From an uncultured Actinomycetota bacterium (lineage in GTDB: Bacteria > Actinomycetota > Actinomycetes > JAHEKZ01), in contig CAVURN010000002.1 in NCBI GenBank assembly GCA_963743915.1, positions 728,788 to 792,787 on the forward strand: DNA of 64,000 nt, read 5' to 3'. Within the stretch, counting starts at the first letter, position 1; the number at the start of each line of letters is the position of its first letter. Made by a program: the position numbers and the translations under genes. Shown here piece by piece: positions 46,057 through 59,982 of the stretch. Under the pieces are notes generated by a model that saw only the letters and a list, made by a program, of their open reading frames with translations, was not told the origin of the DNA and ran no database searches.

Positions 46057-46152
46057 CCGTCGCCCCTTCTCAGTCGCTGGTCGGCATGCGGACGCCCCCG
46101 AGTGCGACGTCCGGTGGCAGAGGGTCGTTCCCCCTCCCCCGCGTGACGACGC

Positions 46153-46665
46153 TCACACGACAGCGGGGTTCACGGCCGTGCGTCTGGTCAACGCCATGAC
46201 GCCGGGAATCACGAAGGGAGCCAGTAACAGATCGTACAGAACGGTGGAGAGCAGGATCGACACGAAGAGATCCAGGGTGACCCGGGAGTCACCGAAGAGC
46301 AGCCCCACGCCGGCATACAGGACCACCGAAACGGCGGACAGACCGGCGACGGCCGCCAGCACCCGCACGGCTGAACGCCGCGAGTCCATGGGGATCTGGC
46401 CCGCGAGATACCCCACCAGGCACAGGACGAGGGCCCAGCGGCCCACTTCGGTCGCCGTCGGTGGCATCAGGTCGACGAGAAGGCCGGCGGCGAAACCGAA
46501 GGACGCCCCCGCCGTCGGCCCGACGACGATGGCGAGGCCGATCACCACGAGCAGGACGAGGTCCGGTCCGGTCCCGGGCAGGGGGAGCCGGTTGACCAGG
46601 GTCATCTGAACCACCGCAGCGGTGACGATGAGCAGGGTGCTCAGGACGACCCGGCTGAACGTCAT
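46153..46665 (-). CDS. mreD: Rod shape-determining protein MreD
   Basis: PDLVLLVV, GFAAGLLVD; synteny. Confidence 0.92.
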   Translation of the reverse strand: MTFSRVVLSTLLIVTAAVVQMTLVNRLPLPGTGPDLVLLVVIGLAIVVGPTAGASFGFAAGLLVDLMPPTATEVGRWALVLCLVGYLAGQIPMDSRRSAVRVLAAVAGLSAVSVVLYAGVGLLFGDSRVTLDLFVSILLSTVLYDLLLAPFVIPGVMALTRRTAVNPAVV

Positions 46666-47591
46666 GGCGTCGGGCTCGGGCTCGGCGAGGTCGTGACCGG
46701 TCCCGGGGTGGTCGTCGTCGGGCTGGGGGAAGGCGAAGGAGCCACCAGCGCGTCACGGGGATTCCGGCGCGGAGGCTCGATGACGATGCCCACCAGGTCC
46801 AGCGAGGTCAGCTGTGCGAACGGCTCGACCAGCGCCTGTCGTGACAAGGCCCCCGGTGTCGCGATGACTTCGGTGATCTCGCCGATCGGGACGCCGGGGA
46901 CGAACGGCCGACCGTTCGGACTGCCGAGGGTGACCACCACGTTGCCCTCGGCCACGGCTGCCTGCGGGTTGTAGAGCTCGAGCGAGAGCGGATCCCGTCC
47001 GCTGCCCTGGGCCAGGCCGGTCTCCCGTGACTCGGCGAGCCGCGCCCCGACGGCGAACTCCGGATCGGACAGCAGCAGGATCGTCGCGGTCCCCCGCGTG
47101 ACCCGGATCACGCGGCCCACCAGCCCGTCCCCGTCCAGGACGGTCTGCTCCCGGGTGATGCCGTCGCGCGATCCGGCGTCCACAGTGACCGTGTGGGCGT
47201 ATCCCGCCTCGGACGCCACGGCGATCACCTGGGCGGGGACGATCTCGAAGTCACCCAGGGCGGCGACGCCGAGGATCCTGCGGTACTCCTCGAGCGCTGC
47301 CTCGTCGAGCCCGCTCGTGAGCAGCTGACGCCGCAGCTCGTCGTTCTCCGCCTCGAGTGCTGCGATGCGATCGGCGTTGGAGTTGATCGACGTGACGCCG
47401 TCGATGAAGTCGGACACGGGGTTGACCACCGCCGCCGCGGCGCGTTCCACCGGCCCGAGGACGGTGCCGGCGCCGTCCCGCAGCCGGTCGAGGATCGAGC
47501 CGTCGCCGCCGCGGGCATCCAGCGTGATGAACGTGAACGCGGTCAGCAGCAGCAGCGCGAGCACGATCCTGGTGCGGCGGGTGTCCCTCAT
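46662..47591 (-). CDS. mreC: Rod shape-determining protein MreC
   Basis: TM helix, coiled coil, DAGSRDGI, GLVGRV, PGVPIG. Confidence 0.93.
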   Translation of the reverse strand: MRDTRRTRIVLALLLLTAFTFITLDARGGDGSILDRLRDGAGTVLGPVERAAAAVVNPVSDFIDGVTSINSNADRIAALEAENDELRRQLLTSGLDEAALEEYRRILGVAALGDFEIVPAQVIAVASEAGYAHTVTVDAGSRDGITREQTVLDGDGLVGRVIRVTRGTATILLLSDPEFAVGARLAESRETGLAQGSGRDPLSLELYNPQAAVAEGNVVVTLGSPNGRPFVPGVPIGEITEVIATPGALSRQALVEPFAQLTSLDLVGIVIEPPRRNPRDALVAPSPSPSPTTTTPGPVTTSPSPSPTP

Positions 47592-47623
47592 CGTCGCGAA
47601 GCCTAGGCCCGCCCGCGACTGAA

Positions 47624-47697
47624 CGGTGATCGGAGCATCTCAGTCACTTTCCGGGCCAGAAACGGGGTCGGCGGTGACGAGAACGCTCCGATCACCG
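47624..47697. repeat. Imperfect intergenic palindrome (type E) between mreB and mreC
   Basis: CGGTGATCGGAGC ... GCTCCGATCACCG 13-bp perfect outer arms. Confidence 0.65.
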
Positions 47698-47721
47698 GGG
47701 GTCGGGGTGCGGCGGGACGTG

Positions 47722-48785
<1,064 letters not shown>

Positions 48786-48841
48786 TCAGCCGCCCAGGAT
48801 ACCCGCGTCCCGCTCACCGACCCAAAAAGCGAGAAACGCCG

Positions 48842-49249
48842 TCAGAGCCCGGGAAAGAAGAGAGCGACCTCGCGTGCCGCGGACTCCGGGGAGTCCGAGC
48901 CGTGGACGAGGTTCTCGGTCATCAGGTTGGCGAGGTCGCCGCGGATGGTGCCGGGAGCCGACTTGATCGGGTTCGTGACACCCATCATCGTGCGCCACGC
49001 CTCGATGGCATCCGGGCCTTCGACCACGGCGGCCACCAGCGGACCGCCAGTGATGAACTCGACCAGGTCGCCGAAGAACGGCTTGTCGGCGTGCTCGCCG
49101 TAGTGGGCCTCGGCGGTCGACCGGTCAAGCGTGCGCAGCTCGAGCGCCACCAACGAGTAGCCCTTTCGCTCGATCCGGGAGAGCACCTCTCCCACGAGGC
49201 CGCGGCGGACGCCGTCGGGCTTGACGAGGACGAGGGTGCGCTCGGACAC
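48842..49249 (-). CDS. ndk: Nucleoside diphosphate kinase
   Basis: [21 protein letters not shown]. Confidence 0.96.
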   Translation of the reverse strand: MSERTLVLVKPDGVRRGLVGEVLSRIERKGYSLVALELRTLDRSTAEAHYGEHADKPFFGDLVEFITGGPLVAAVVEGPDAIEAWRTMMGVTNPIKSAPGTIRGDLANLMTENLVHGSDSPESAAREVALFFPGL

Positions 49250-49299
49250 GAAGACTCCAGAGTCGAGAGGTGTCGGGGGACGACCGGGACGCCGAAACT

Positions 49300-49669
49300 C
49301 TAGCCAGCCGCGCCCGGGGGAGCCGTCCGAGGGTCTTCCACCTCGGCCCAACGCTCGGCATGCAGCTCCTCACCGCGACGGCCGACGCGCAGACCCACCA
49401 CCCACAGCAGCACGAACAGCCCACCGATCAGGAACATCGCGTGGACCACGAGACCGCTGAGCAGGATCAGTCCTTGCACGACCCACCCGGCCGGGTACCC
49501 CCAGGGACGAGACAGCGAGCCCGCCACCACCAGACACAGCACCACCAGGGCCAGGCCCCCGGTGATCGGCGACAGCGGGGTCGACGTCCCCCAAGGTGAT
49601 CGCCACCGGGATCGCGAGCACCACGACGAGGGCCTCGAAGGTCAGGATGCTGGCGGCGATGACACGCAT
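49300..49669 (-). CDS. DUF4233-like membrane protein, frameshift near 49570
   Basis: [28 protein letters not shown]; typical position between folC and ndk. Confidence 0.8.
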
Positions 49670-49687
49670 GACGGACAGTCTCGCGCG

Positions 49688-51079
49688 TCAGCGCCGGCGG
49701 CGCAGCAGGGAGCGCGCCTCACCGACGACGGTGACCGATCCGGTCACCAGCACACCCACCCCGCCGAGGTCGCCCGACTCCTCCGCCGCGGTGACCGCGA
49801 GCTCGAGGGCGTCCGGCAGCGAGGGCTCCACGACCACGCGGTCGGAGCCGAAGACGTCGACCGCGATGTCGCCGAGGTCATCGGGGTCCACGGCCCTCGG
49901 CGAGGACGACCGGGTGACGACGACCTCGGCCAGCAGCGGCTCCAGCGCCGCGAGGATGCCTTCGGCGTCCTTGTCCCCCAGGACACCGACCACGCCGACC
50001 ATCCGGCTGAAGTTGAACGAGTCGCTGATGGCCTCGGCCAGGGCCGCAGCACCGTGCGGATTGTGAGCCACGTCCAGCAGCACAGCTGGTGCGTTGCGGA
50101 TCATCTCCAGCCGCCCCGGGATGGCCACTGAGGCAAAGCCTTCCGCGACCACCTCGGCATCCAGCGCACCGGCGCCACCACCGAGGAACGCCTCGACGGC
50201 GACGAGAGCCGCTGCCGCGTTGTGAGCCTGGTGGGCGCCGTGCATGGGAAGGAAGACGTCCTCGTACGTTCCACCGAGGCCCTGAAGGGTCAGCAGCTGT
50301 CCGCCGACCGCCACCCGGCGGTCCGCCACCCCGAAGTCGACGCCTTCGACGACCGCCCGGGCACCCGCGGACGCCGCACGCTCGAGCAGCACGTCGGAGA
50401 CGACAGGTTCCTGCGCGGAGACCACGACGAGCATTCCCGGGTCGATGATGCCGGCCTTCTGCCCCGCGATCGCGGTGATGTCATCCCCGAGCCAGTCCAT
50501 GTGGTCCATGCCCACCGGCGTGATCACCCCGACGGGGGCGGAGATCACGTTGGTCGAGTCCCAGGTGCCGCCGAGTCCGACCTCGACCACCGCGACCGAG
50601 ACGGGGGCGTCGGCGAACGCTGCGAACGCCAGCACCGTCAGCACCTCGAAGTACGTCAGCGGACGCCCTTCGTCAGCCTCCACCATCGCCAGGAACGGCT
50701 CTACGTCGTCCCAGGCCGCGAGCAGCTTCTCGGACGTGATGGGTTCGCCGTCGATCCGGATCCGCTCGCGCACCGTCTCCAGGTGCGGGCTCGTGAAACG
50801 CCCGGTGCGCAGACCGTAGGCCGTGAGCAGGGCATCGATCATCGCTGTCGTGGACGACTTGCCATTCGTACCGGCCACGTGGATCGAGGGGTAGCTGCGC
50901 TCAGGGTTGCCGAGCAGCTCCAGCACCGACTGCACCCTGTCCAGGGTCGGCTCGATCTGGGACTCCGGCGCCCGGCGGATCAGCTCGACCTCGAGTGCCA
51001 GCAGGCGGTCGGCCTCGGCGAGCCGTCCGGCGTCCTGTTCGCCGGGTTCGGAGGTCGGTGGCTGCGGGTCGGAGGTCAC
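49688..51079 (-). CDS. folC: Folylpolyglutamate/dihydrofolate synthase
   Basis: [28 protein letters not shown]. Confidence 0.95.
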   Translation of the reverse strand: MTSDPQPPTSEPGEQDAGRLAEADRLLALEVELIRRAPESQIEPTLDRVQSVLELLGNPERSYPSIHVAGTNGKSSTTAMIDALLTAYGLRTGRFTSPHLETVRERIRIDGEPITSEKLLAAWDDVEPFLAMVEADEGRPLTYFEVLTVLAFAAFADAPVSVAVVEVGLGGTWDSTNVISAPVGVITPVGMDHMDWLGDDITAIAGQKAGIIDPGMLVVVSAQEPVVSDVLLERAASAGARAVVEGVDFGVADRRVAVGGQLLTLQGLGGTYEDVFLPMHGAHQAHNAAAALVAVEAFLGGGAGALDAEVVAEGFASVAIPGRLEMIRNAPAVLLDVAHNPHGAAALAEAISDSFNFSRMVGVVGVLGDKDAEGILAALEPLLAEVVVTRSSSPRAVDPDDLGDIAVDVFGSDRVVVEPSLPDALELAVTAAEESGDLGGVGVLVTGSVTVVGEARSLLRRRR

Positions 51080-51122
51080 GGGGGTGAGTCTAGGAAGTCG
51101 GACCTCTCTACGATTGCCCACC

Positions 51123-53708
51123 ATGGAGCAGTCGAACCCCACCAGCGCCCAGATCCCCGAGAAGCCGACCATCGACGGCATCGAGGCGAAGTGGCAGCAG
51201 GTATGGGAGGAGCAGGGCACCTACCGGTTCGACCGCTCGAAGGAGCGGGCCGACATCTACTCGATCGACACGCCCCCACCGACGGTCAGCGGCTCGCTCC
51301 ACGTCGGCCACGTCTTCAGCTACACGCACACCGACACCATCGCCCGCTACCAGCGCATGCGCGGGCGGGAGGTGTTCTACCCGATGGGCTGGGACGACAA
51401 CGGCCTGCCCACGGAGCGGCGGGTGCAGAACTACTACGGCGTCCGGTGCGAGCCCTCTCTGCACTACGACCCGACCTTCGTCCCGCCGGAGCAGCCGGGC
51501 AAGCAGCAGCAGGCGATCAGCCGTCCCAACTTCGTCGAGCTCTGCCAGCAGCTGACCCTGGAGGACGAGAAGGTCTTCGAGGAGCTGTGGCGGCGCCTGG
51601 GGCTGTCCGTCGACTGGTCGCACACGTACCAGACCATCGACCCACGCTCACGTGCTGTGTCGCAGCGCGCCTTCCTGCGCAACCTGGCTCGCGGTGAGGC
51701 GTACCAGGCGGAGGCACCGACGCTCTGGGACGTGACCTTCCGGACGGCCGTCGCCCAGGCCGAGCTCGAAGACCGGGAGCGTGACAGCGCCTACCACGCC
51801 ATCACCTTTCACCGCCCGGACGCCGGCACGGTCACGATCGACACGACCCGCCCGGAGCTCATCCCTGCCTGCGTCGCCCTCGTAGCCCATCCCGACGACG
51901 AGCGGTACCAGCCGCTGTTCGGCTCGACGGTGCGCACGCCGGTCTTCGGCGTCGAGGTCCCGGTGGTCGCCCACCACCTCGCAGACCCCGAGAAGGGCAC
52001 CGGCATCGCGATGATCTGTACGTTCGGTGACCTCACCGACGTGATCTGGTGGCGTGAGCTGAACCTGCCGACGCGCGCCATCATCGGACGCGACGGGCGC
52101 GTCATCGGTGACGTCCCGGACGCCATCACCTCGGCTGAGGGCCACGCCGCCTACGCGCGGATGGCCGGGTCCACCGCGCACACGGCACGGCAGACACTCG
52201 TGGAGATGCTGCGCGAGAGCGGGGACCTGATCGGCGACCCGCGTCCGATCAAGCATCCGGTGAAGTTCTACGAGAAGGGCGACAAGCCGCTCGAGATCGT
52301 CAGCACGCGGCAGTGGTACATCCGCAACGGAGGGCGTGACGAGCTGCTGCGCGAGCGGCTGCTGCAGCGAGGTTCCGAGCTGCACTGGCACCCCGCGCAC
52401 ATGAAAGTGCGCTACGACAACTGGGTCTCCGGCCTCAACGGGGACTGGTTGATCTCGCGTCAGCGGTTCTTCGGGGTCCCCCTCCCGCTCTGGTACCGGC
52501 TGGACGCCGCAGGCGAGCCTCTCTACGACGAGCCGATCATTCCTTCGGACGAATCGCTGCCCATCGACCCGCAGTCCGACACCCCGCCCGGCTTCACCGA
52601 GGACCAGCGCGGTGTGGCGGGAGGCTTCATCGGCGACCCGGACATCATGGACACCTGGGCGACGTCCTCGCTGACGCCCCAGATCGCCGGTGGCTGGTCC
52701 TACGACGACGACCTGTTCGAGCGGGTGTTCCCGATGGACCTGCGTCCGCAGGCGCACGAGATCATCCGCACCTGGCTCTTCTCCACCGTGGTTCGCGCCC
52801 ACTCCGAGCACGACAGCATTCCGTGGAGTGACGTCGCCATCTCCGGATGGATCCTGGACCCCGACCGCAAGAAGATGGCCAAGTCGAAAGGCAATGTCGT
52901 CACGCCCATGGGGCTGCTGGAGGAGTACGGCTCGGACGCGCTCCGCTACTGGTCAGCCAGCGGTCGCCCGGGCGCCGACACCGCCTTCGACATCGGACAG
53001 ATGAAGGTGGGGCGACGCCTCGCCATCAAGGTGCTGAACGCCAGCAAGTTCGTCCTCGGCGTCGGCGCGGACGCCGCACTCGCCTTCGACGCGGACGCCG
53101 TCACCGAGCCGCTCGACCGAGCGCTGCTGGCCCAGCTCGCCGACGTCGTCGTCGAGGCCACCCGTGCGTTCGACGACTACAACTACAGCCGAGCCCTCGA
53201 GGTCACCGAGACCTTCTTCTGGTCGTTCACCGACGACTACGTCGAGCTGGTCAAGGAGCGGGCCTACCGCTCGGCGGCTGATCCTGGCGCGCGGTCGGCG
53301 CACGCCACTCTCGCGACAGCGCTTTCGGTTCTGCACCGCCTCTTCGCTCCCGTTCTGCCCTTCGTCACCGAGGAGGTCTGGTCGTGGTGGCAGGACGGTT
53401 CGGTGCACCGTGCCGAGTGGCCGACCGCCGACGCCGTACGCACCGTCGCCGCTGATGGCCGGCCCGAGCTGCTGGACGCGGTCGCGTCGGTGCTCACCGA
53501 GGTGCGCAAGGCCAAGTCCGACGCCAAGGTCTCGATGCGCACCGAGGTCGTGCGCGCCGACGTGCGTGGACCGGCCGAGCGGGTGGCCCTGCTCACCGGC
53601 GCCGGCGCGGACCTCGCGGCCGCCGGTCGGATCGCCGAGCTGACCTACGCCGATGGCGCCGACGAGCTCATCGTGCATGTCGAGCTGGCAACACCCACCC
53701 CCGCCTGA
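51123..53708 (+). CDS. valS: Valine--tRNA ligase (type 2, archaeal-like subfamily)
   Basis: [39 protein letters not shown]; short C-terminus. Confidence 0.95.
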   Translation: MEQSNPTSAQIPEKPTIDGIEAKWQQVWEEQGTYRFDRSKERADIYSIDTPPPTVSGSLHVGHVFSYTHTDTIARYQRMRGREVFYPMGWDDNGLPTERRVQNYYGVRCEPSLHYDPTFVPPEQPGKQQQAISRPNFVELCQQLTLEDEKVFEELWRRLGLSVDWSHTYQTIDPRSRAVSQRAFLRNLARGEAYQAEAPTLWDVTFRTAVAQAELEDRERDSAYHAITFHRPDAGTVTIDTTRPELIPACVALVAHPDDERYQPLFGSTVRTPVFGVEVPVVAHHLADPEKGTGIAMICTFGDLTDVIWWRELNLPTRAIIGRDGRVIGDVPDAITSAEGHAAYARMAGSTAHTARQTLVEMLRESGDLIGDPRPIKHPVKFYEKGDKPLEIVSTRQWYIRNGGRDELLRERLLQRGSELHWHPAHMKVRYDNWVSGLNGDWLISRQRFFGVPLPLWYRLDAAGEPLYDEPIIPSDESLPIDPQSDTPPGFTEDQRGVAGGFIGDPDIMDTWATSSLTPQIAGGWSYDDDLFERVFPMDLRPQAHEIIRTWLFSTVVRAHSEHDSIPWSDVAISGWILDPDRKKMAKSKGNVVTPMGLLEEYGSDALRYWSASGRPGADTAFDIGQMKVGRRLAIKVLNASKFVLGVGADAALAFDADAVTEPLDRALLAQLADVVVEATRAFDDYNYSRALEVTETFFWSFTDDYVELVKERAYRSAADPGARSAHATLATALSVLHRLFAPVLPFVTEEVWSWWQDGSVHRAEWPTADAVRTVAADGRPELLDAVASVLTEVRKAKSDAKVSMRTEVVRADVRGPAERVALLTGAGADLAAAGRIAELTYADGADELIVHVELATPTPA

Positions 53709-53719
53709 CCTGTCGTCTA

Positions 53720-53881
53720 GAGGTTGGGGGCAGACACGCCCGGCGTGTCTGGCCCCCGGCTCAACGATTCCGCAATCGGATGGGACGGCTGGGCAGACAC
53801 GCCGGGCGTGTCTGCCCCCCGGCTCAAGATCCACAGTCGGAGTGAGGCTCAAGGCGGACGTGGCTCACACCGATCTTGAGC
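53720..53881. repeat. Cluster of type D palindromes (copies 2 and 3) plus a flanking inverted repeat
   Basis: GGGCAGACACGCC(C/G)GGCGTGTCTG core within 53720-53764 and 53791-53831; GCTCAAGATC..GATCTTGAGC at 53822-53881. Confidence 0.85.
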
Positions 53882-53917
53882 GGGAGGCGCAGCCACGCGC
53901 CAGGACGGTGCTGCGCC

Positions 53918-54610
53918 ATGGAGAACAACCCCTACGGAAGCTCGCCCACGCCCCCCTCGGGCGATGGCAGCGACTTCTTCGGCGGCACCATCGTTCCGCA
54001 ATGCCCAGCACTCCAAGGAGTACGCGGACTTCAGCGCTGCCGTCGTCGCAGCCCCGGTCACGAAGCGCCCGAAGTGCCGCTCTGGCTGGCTGCTGGCAGT
54101 CGTCGGAGCGCTGGTGCTCGTGGCGGGTTCTTGGGCGTACGGGATGCGTTCTTCAGAACGTCGATCGAGATGCCCGACACGCTCATGGGCATGGAGCGCA
54201 TCGACCCCGAGCTCGGACGTCGAGCCGGGAGATCGAGCAAGCCTTCAGCAGAGCAGAGCGGGACGCCGGTCGACGTCGACTCGAAGCTGCCGTCTACCGT
54301 CCGGTGAGCGCACCATCTCGTCGTGACGGCTGCCGAGTCGGGGCGGTGACGGCTGGAGCAGCGACGCCTTCTTCACCGGGATCGACGGGAGGGATGCAGA
54401 GGCAGCTGCTGGGGTCACCCTGGAGGAGGTGGACGCAGGAAGCGCACGGCGGTGACGTGCAGTGCATGGTGACTTCCGCGGCGGTGCCGGCGTCTGCGCC
54501 TGGATCGCAGACGACACGCTCGGGTGGTCGTCACGACCGGCACCAAGCACGACGTTGCAGGCCACCATCGAGCAGGCTGCGACAGCATCGTCCAGTAGCT
54601 CGATCGCGCA
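53918..54610 (+). pseudogene. Hypothetical membrane-anchored protein with many frame breaks
   Basis: MENNPYG.., TM LLAVVGALVLVAG, IEMPDTLMGMERID and GVCAWIADDTLG fragments in different frames; end approximate. Confidence 0.45.
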
Positions 54611-54618
54611 CGGACCGA

Positions 54619-55384
54619 TCAGCCGGCGAGGGTGCCTGCGAACACCTGCCACGCGAGAGCGGACTTCGCGACCAGGCTGAGGGTGATGTAGGCCCGCTCC
54701 CCCACGAGATAGTCCTTCCACCGACCGAGCTGCCGGTACTGCAGCCACTGGTTCACCGCGAACACGTTGAAGAAGACGAACAGCGAGACGATGATGCCGT
54801 AGACGAAGGCGGGTGGCTCGGCGTCCGTGGTGGCGCCGGGGGCAACCACGTACACCAGCACGGCCAACCACGGCACGATCCCTGCGAGGCAGCCGAAGAC
54901 GAACGGCAACCAGCCGCCGTCACCGGGTTGGTGGTAGCGCTCCTGCAGCCACCCGAACAGGATCATCGAGACGTTGACCCCGAAGATCGCGAGCAGTGCC
55001 GCGACGTCTGCGATCCCCGTCAGCTGCGCGATCAGCACGATCATCACGGACGACGACAGCGCGTACTCGACCCAGCGGAAGTAGTTGTGACCCGCGGCCA
55101 GCCCAGCCGCATAGCGAGGGAAGTAGCCAGGGACTGGCGATGAGCAGATGTGCCACCGCCGACAGGGCGAAGAAGAGGGCGACGCCCAGCGCGACCGGAA
55201 GGTCCCACAGGACGATCTGGTCTGCCGGCGTCGTTCCCGGCGGCCCCTCGAGGTAGGTGGCGGTGACCGGCAGGGTGAAGTCGGTGGCCAGCGCCAGCAC
55301 GAGGACGCCCTGGACGGCGTGGGCGGCCGCAGCCACCAGGTTGTAGCGGCGCAGCCCCTGCACCGACGGCACCGCCACGGTCAC
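54619..55384 (-). CDS. Heliorhodopsin (HeR), single frameshift near 55126
   Basis: LRRYNLVAAAAHAVQG, SAVAH, NYFRWVEYALSSSVM, MILFGWLQE, NQWLQY, GERAYITLSLVAKSALAWQVF. Confidence 0.93.
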
Positions 55385-55464
55385 TCCCCGGATCGCGCAC
55401 GTCCAATGACGTGATCAACCTAACCGGAGGTCAGTGGACCCGCACCTTGAGAGTGACGAACGCG

Positions 55465-56745
<1,281 letters not shown>

Positions 56746-56893
56746 GTGACTCCCTCATTCCAGCCCCCGGACGGCGTCTGCGATCGGTGCCGGCGTCCTG
56801 GGAGCGACGCAGCACCTGTCGACGGTACCCCGACCGGGCCAGGAATTCTCGCTCTCGGTGCTGGCGAGTCGCCCGATCGGCCCTCTGCCCACG

Positions 56894-57550
56894 CTAGCTC
56901 GCGGCCGCGGCCTTGCGGCTCGCGATCACCTGGTCGACGATGCCGTACTCCTTGGCAGCGTCGGCGGTCAGGATCTTGTCGCGCTCGATGTCCTGCCGGA
57001 CCTCGTCGGGGGTCTTGCCGGAGTGGCGGGCCAGAATGCCCTCCATCTCCTCACGCATCCGCAGGATCTCGTTGGCCTGGATCTCGATGTCAGAACCCTG
57101 GCCCCCACCTTCGGTGTACGGCTGGTGGATGAGGATCCGTGAGTGTGGGAGCGCCGAGCGCTTCCCGGGCGTGCCGGCGGCGAGCAGCACCGCCGCCGCT
57201 GACGCCGCCTGGCCCAGACAGACCGTCGCCACGTGCGGCTTGATGAACTGCATCGTGTCGTAGATCGCCGTCATCGCCGTGTACGAGCCACCGGGCGAGT
57301 TGATGTAGATCGAGATGTCCCGGTCCGGGTCCATCGACTCCAGACAGAGCAGCTGTGCCATGACGTCGTCAGCCGAGGCGTCGTCGATCTGAACGCCGAG
57401 GAAGATGATCCGCTCCTCGAAGAGCTTGGTGTACGGGTTGTGCAACCGCTCACCCTGCGCCGTGCGCTCCCGGAACTCCGGGAGGATGTAGCGGGCCTGC
57501 GGAGTGGGCATGCTCACGGTGCTGGAGATCCTTCCGTCGAGGGTGGTCAC
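56894..57550 (-). CDS. clpP2: Clp protease proteolytic subunit 2
   Basis: [20 protein letters not shown]. Confidence 0.95.
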   Translation of the reverse strand: MTTLDGRISSTVSMPTPQARYILPEFRERTAQGERLHNPYTKLFEERIIFLGVQIDDASADDVMAQLLCLESMDPDRDISIYINSPGGSYTAMTAIYDTMQFIKPHVATVCLGQAASAAAVLLAAGTPGKRSALPHSRILIHQPYTEGGGQGSDIEIQANEILRMREEMEGILARHSGKTPDEVRQDIERDKILTADAAKEYGIVDQVIASRKAAAAS

Positions 57551-58209
57551 GCGTTCGTCCCGCCGCTGCCGGACACGTCGCGCGCTCGCCGCACCACGTG
57601 GTCGACGAACCCGTACTCCTTCGCGTCCCCGGCGGTGAACCACCGGTCACGGTCCGAGTCGGACTCGATCTGCTCCAACGACTGACCGGTGTGCTCGGCG
57701 ATGAGCTCGGCCATCTTCTTCTTGGTGTAGAGCATCTGCTCGGCCTGGATCTTGATGTCGGACGCGGTTCCGCCGATCCCGCCCGAGGGCTGGTGCATCA
57801 TGATCCGCGCGTGCGGCAACGCGTAGCGCTTGCCACGCTCACCTGCGCAGAGCAGGAACTGCCCCATGGACGCGGCCAGGCCCATGGCCACCGTGGCGAC
57901 GTCACACGGCACGTACTGCATCGTGTCGTAGATCGCCATGCCGGCCGACACCGAGCCGCCCGGCGAGTTGATGTAGAGGTAGATGTCCTTCTCGGGGTCC
58001 TCCGCGGCCAGAAGGAGCATCTGGGCCGAGAGGGCGTTGGCGATGGTGTCCTCGACCTGCGAACCCAGGAAGATGATGCGTTCGCGCAGCAGCCGCTGGT
58101 AGACGGAGTCGTCGAAGCCCATCGACGACCCGGGCTGAGGTGCCCGAGCGGCAGGGTCAGCTGCCCCTGGCAGAAGCAGGGGTTGGCCGGTCATCGAGCG
58201 GTCGGTCAC
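57547..58209 (-). CDS. clpP1: Clp protease proteolytic subunit 1
   Basis: [27 protein letters not shown]. Confidence 0.95.
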   Translation of the reverse strand: MTDRSMTGQPLLLPGAADPAARAPQPGSSMGFDDSVYQRLLRERIIFLGSQVEDTIANALSAQMLLLAAEDPEKDIYLYINSPGGSVSAGMAIYDTMQYVPCDVATVAMGLAASMGQFLLCAGERGKRYALPHARIMMHQPSGGIGGTASDIKIQAEQMLYTKKKMAELIAEHTGQSLEQIESDSDRDRWFTAGDAKEYGFVDHVVRRARDVSGSGGTNA

Positions 58210-58285
58210 GGGTCCACCTTTCGCGCGTTGGACGTACGGTGACCCTAACGTCGGAACACCCTCGCGCCATCCGAAGGGCCGGGCT

Positions 58286-58303
58286 GTTCGCTGACGGATG
58301 AAC
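58286..58303. promoter_or_regulatory. Candidate ClgR binding site upstream of clpP1
   Basis: GTTCGCTGACGGATGAAC imperfect palindrome about 40 nt upstream of the -10 TAGGGT (58242-58247). Confidence 0.5.
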
Positions 58304-58310
58304 CCCTGGG

Positions 58311-59665
58311 TCAGCTGTCCTGGTCGCCGCTCTGTTGGCGCTCGGCGCGGTCTCGTCGGCGGGCTGGTCTGCGTCCACCTCAGCCTCCGTGGCACCTTCC
58401 TCGCCTTCGGTGGTCTTCGGCGAGAGCTCGACGACCTCTCCGGCGGAGTCCCGCACCGTGGCCGACTCGAGCACGACCGACACCGCCTTGGCGCGGCGCA
58501 CCTCACCCACGATCGACCCCACCTGCCCGGCCTGAGCCACCGCCTGCGCGAACTGGTCGGGCGTCATCCCGTACTGCGGTGCCTGGCGGATCAGGTACTC
58601 GGTGACCTCGGCCTGCGTGACCTCGACCTCCTCGCGGTCCGCGATCGTGTCGAGCACCAGGTCGCGGGTCAGCGACTCACGCACCTGGCCCTCGTACTCC
58701 GACCGATGGTCGTCGTCCCCGTGACCGTCCTGGAAGTGGTCGGCGAGGGCTCCCGAGACGACGCCTTCGGGCAGCGGGACCTCGACCGCCTCGAGGAGCG
58801 CGGCCAGGATGGCGTCGCGCGCCGCCATCAGCTGCTCGACCTTCTTGCGGGGCTCGAGCTCGGAGCGCACGGCGTCGCGAAGCTCGTCCAGCGTGTCGAA
58901 CTCACTGACGGTCTGTGCGAAGTCGTCGTCGAGCTCGGGAAGCTCGCGCTCACGGACGGAGGCCACGGTCACCGTGACCTCGACCGGCTGACCCTCGAGC
59001 TCGCCCGTCTCCGGGGTGACGGTGAACGTGGTCTCTTCCCCGTCCTTCAGCCCGGTGACGGCGTCGTCGAGACCGGGCAGCAGTGATTCGCCGCCGACCT
59101 CGTAGGTGAGTCCGGCAGCGGTGAGCTCCTCGACCGGCTCACCGTCCTTCTGACCTGCCACGCTGATCGAGAGCAGGTCTCCGGCGGCCGCTCCGCGGTC
59201 AACCGGCTTGAGCGTCGCAAAACGCTGACGCAGCTGCTCGATCTCGCCGTCGATGTCGGCGTCCGCCACCTCGGCGGCGTCGACCGTCGCCTCGAGGCTG
59301 GAGAAGTCCGGCAGCTCGATCTGTGGTCGCACGTCGACCTCGGCGGTGAATGTCAGGGGTGCGCCGTCCGCGAACTCACCGACCTCGACGTCAGGCTGGC
59401 CGAGCACCTTCAGCTCGTGCTCGGTCACGGCGTCGCTGTAGGCCTTGGGCAGGGCGTCGTTGACGGCCTCGTCGAGCACCGCGCCACGGCCGACCCGCTG
59501 GTCGATGATCCGCGGTGGAACCTTGCCCTTGCGGAATCCGGGGATGGTGATCTGGGTCGCGATCCGCTGGTAGGCGGAGCTGACACTGGGCTCCAGCTCC
59601 TCGAACGGCACCTCGACGGACAGGCGCACTCGGGTGGGGCTCAGGCTCTCGACGTCGGTCTTCAC
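58311..59665 (-). CDS. tig: Trigger factor (true stop probably 58311 after a late indel)
   Basis: [21 protein letters not shown]. Confidence 0.95.
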
Positions 59666-59745
59666 GTGCTCGGCTGCTCCTTGACTGTGCCGGACGCCGT
59701 GCGGGACGACCAGCGAGGCACAGAGACCGGTTGGTCCTGTGGGGG

Positions 59746-59818
59746 TCGGGGCGGGGAGACTCGAACTCCCGATCTCCTGCTCCCAAAGCAGGCGCGCTAG
59801 CCACTACGCTACGCCCCG
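59746..59818 (-). tRNA. tRNA-Pro(TGG)
   Basis: CGGGGCGTAGCGTAGTGGCTAGCGCG-CCTGC-TTTGGGA-GCAGG..GAGTTCGAGTCTC. Confidence 0.94.
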
Positions 59819-59908
59819 CACGCGGGCGGCTAGTCTAGACGCCAGCCGCCGAAAGGCCATAAGCGAAGACCACGATCGTGGACTTCGAACGGGCCGTTCG
59901 GCGGTATC

Positions 59909-59982
59909 GCGGGTGTAGCTCAATGGTAGAGCCCCAGCCTTCCAAGCTGGCCATGCCGGTTCGATCCCGGTCACCCGCTCCA
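59909..59982 (+). tRNA. tRNA-Gly(TCC)
   Basis: GCGGGTGTAGCTCAATGGTAGAGC-CCCAGCCTTCCAAGCTGG..GGTTCGATCCC..CCCGCTCCA. Confidence 0.96.

Noticed and set aside
53720-53881. Possible mini CRISPR array
   Set aside because: Only two degenerate palindromic copies, no regular spacers, no cas genes, and the same unit occurs singly at 42587
58157-58310. C-terminal extension of trigger factor overlapping clpP1
   Set aside because: It runs through the clpP1 promoter; a one-base shift gives a natural stop at 58311
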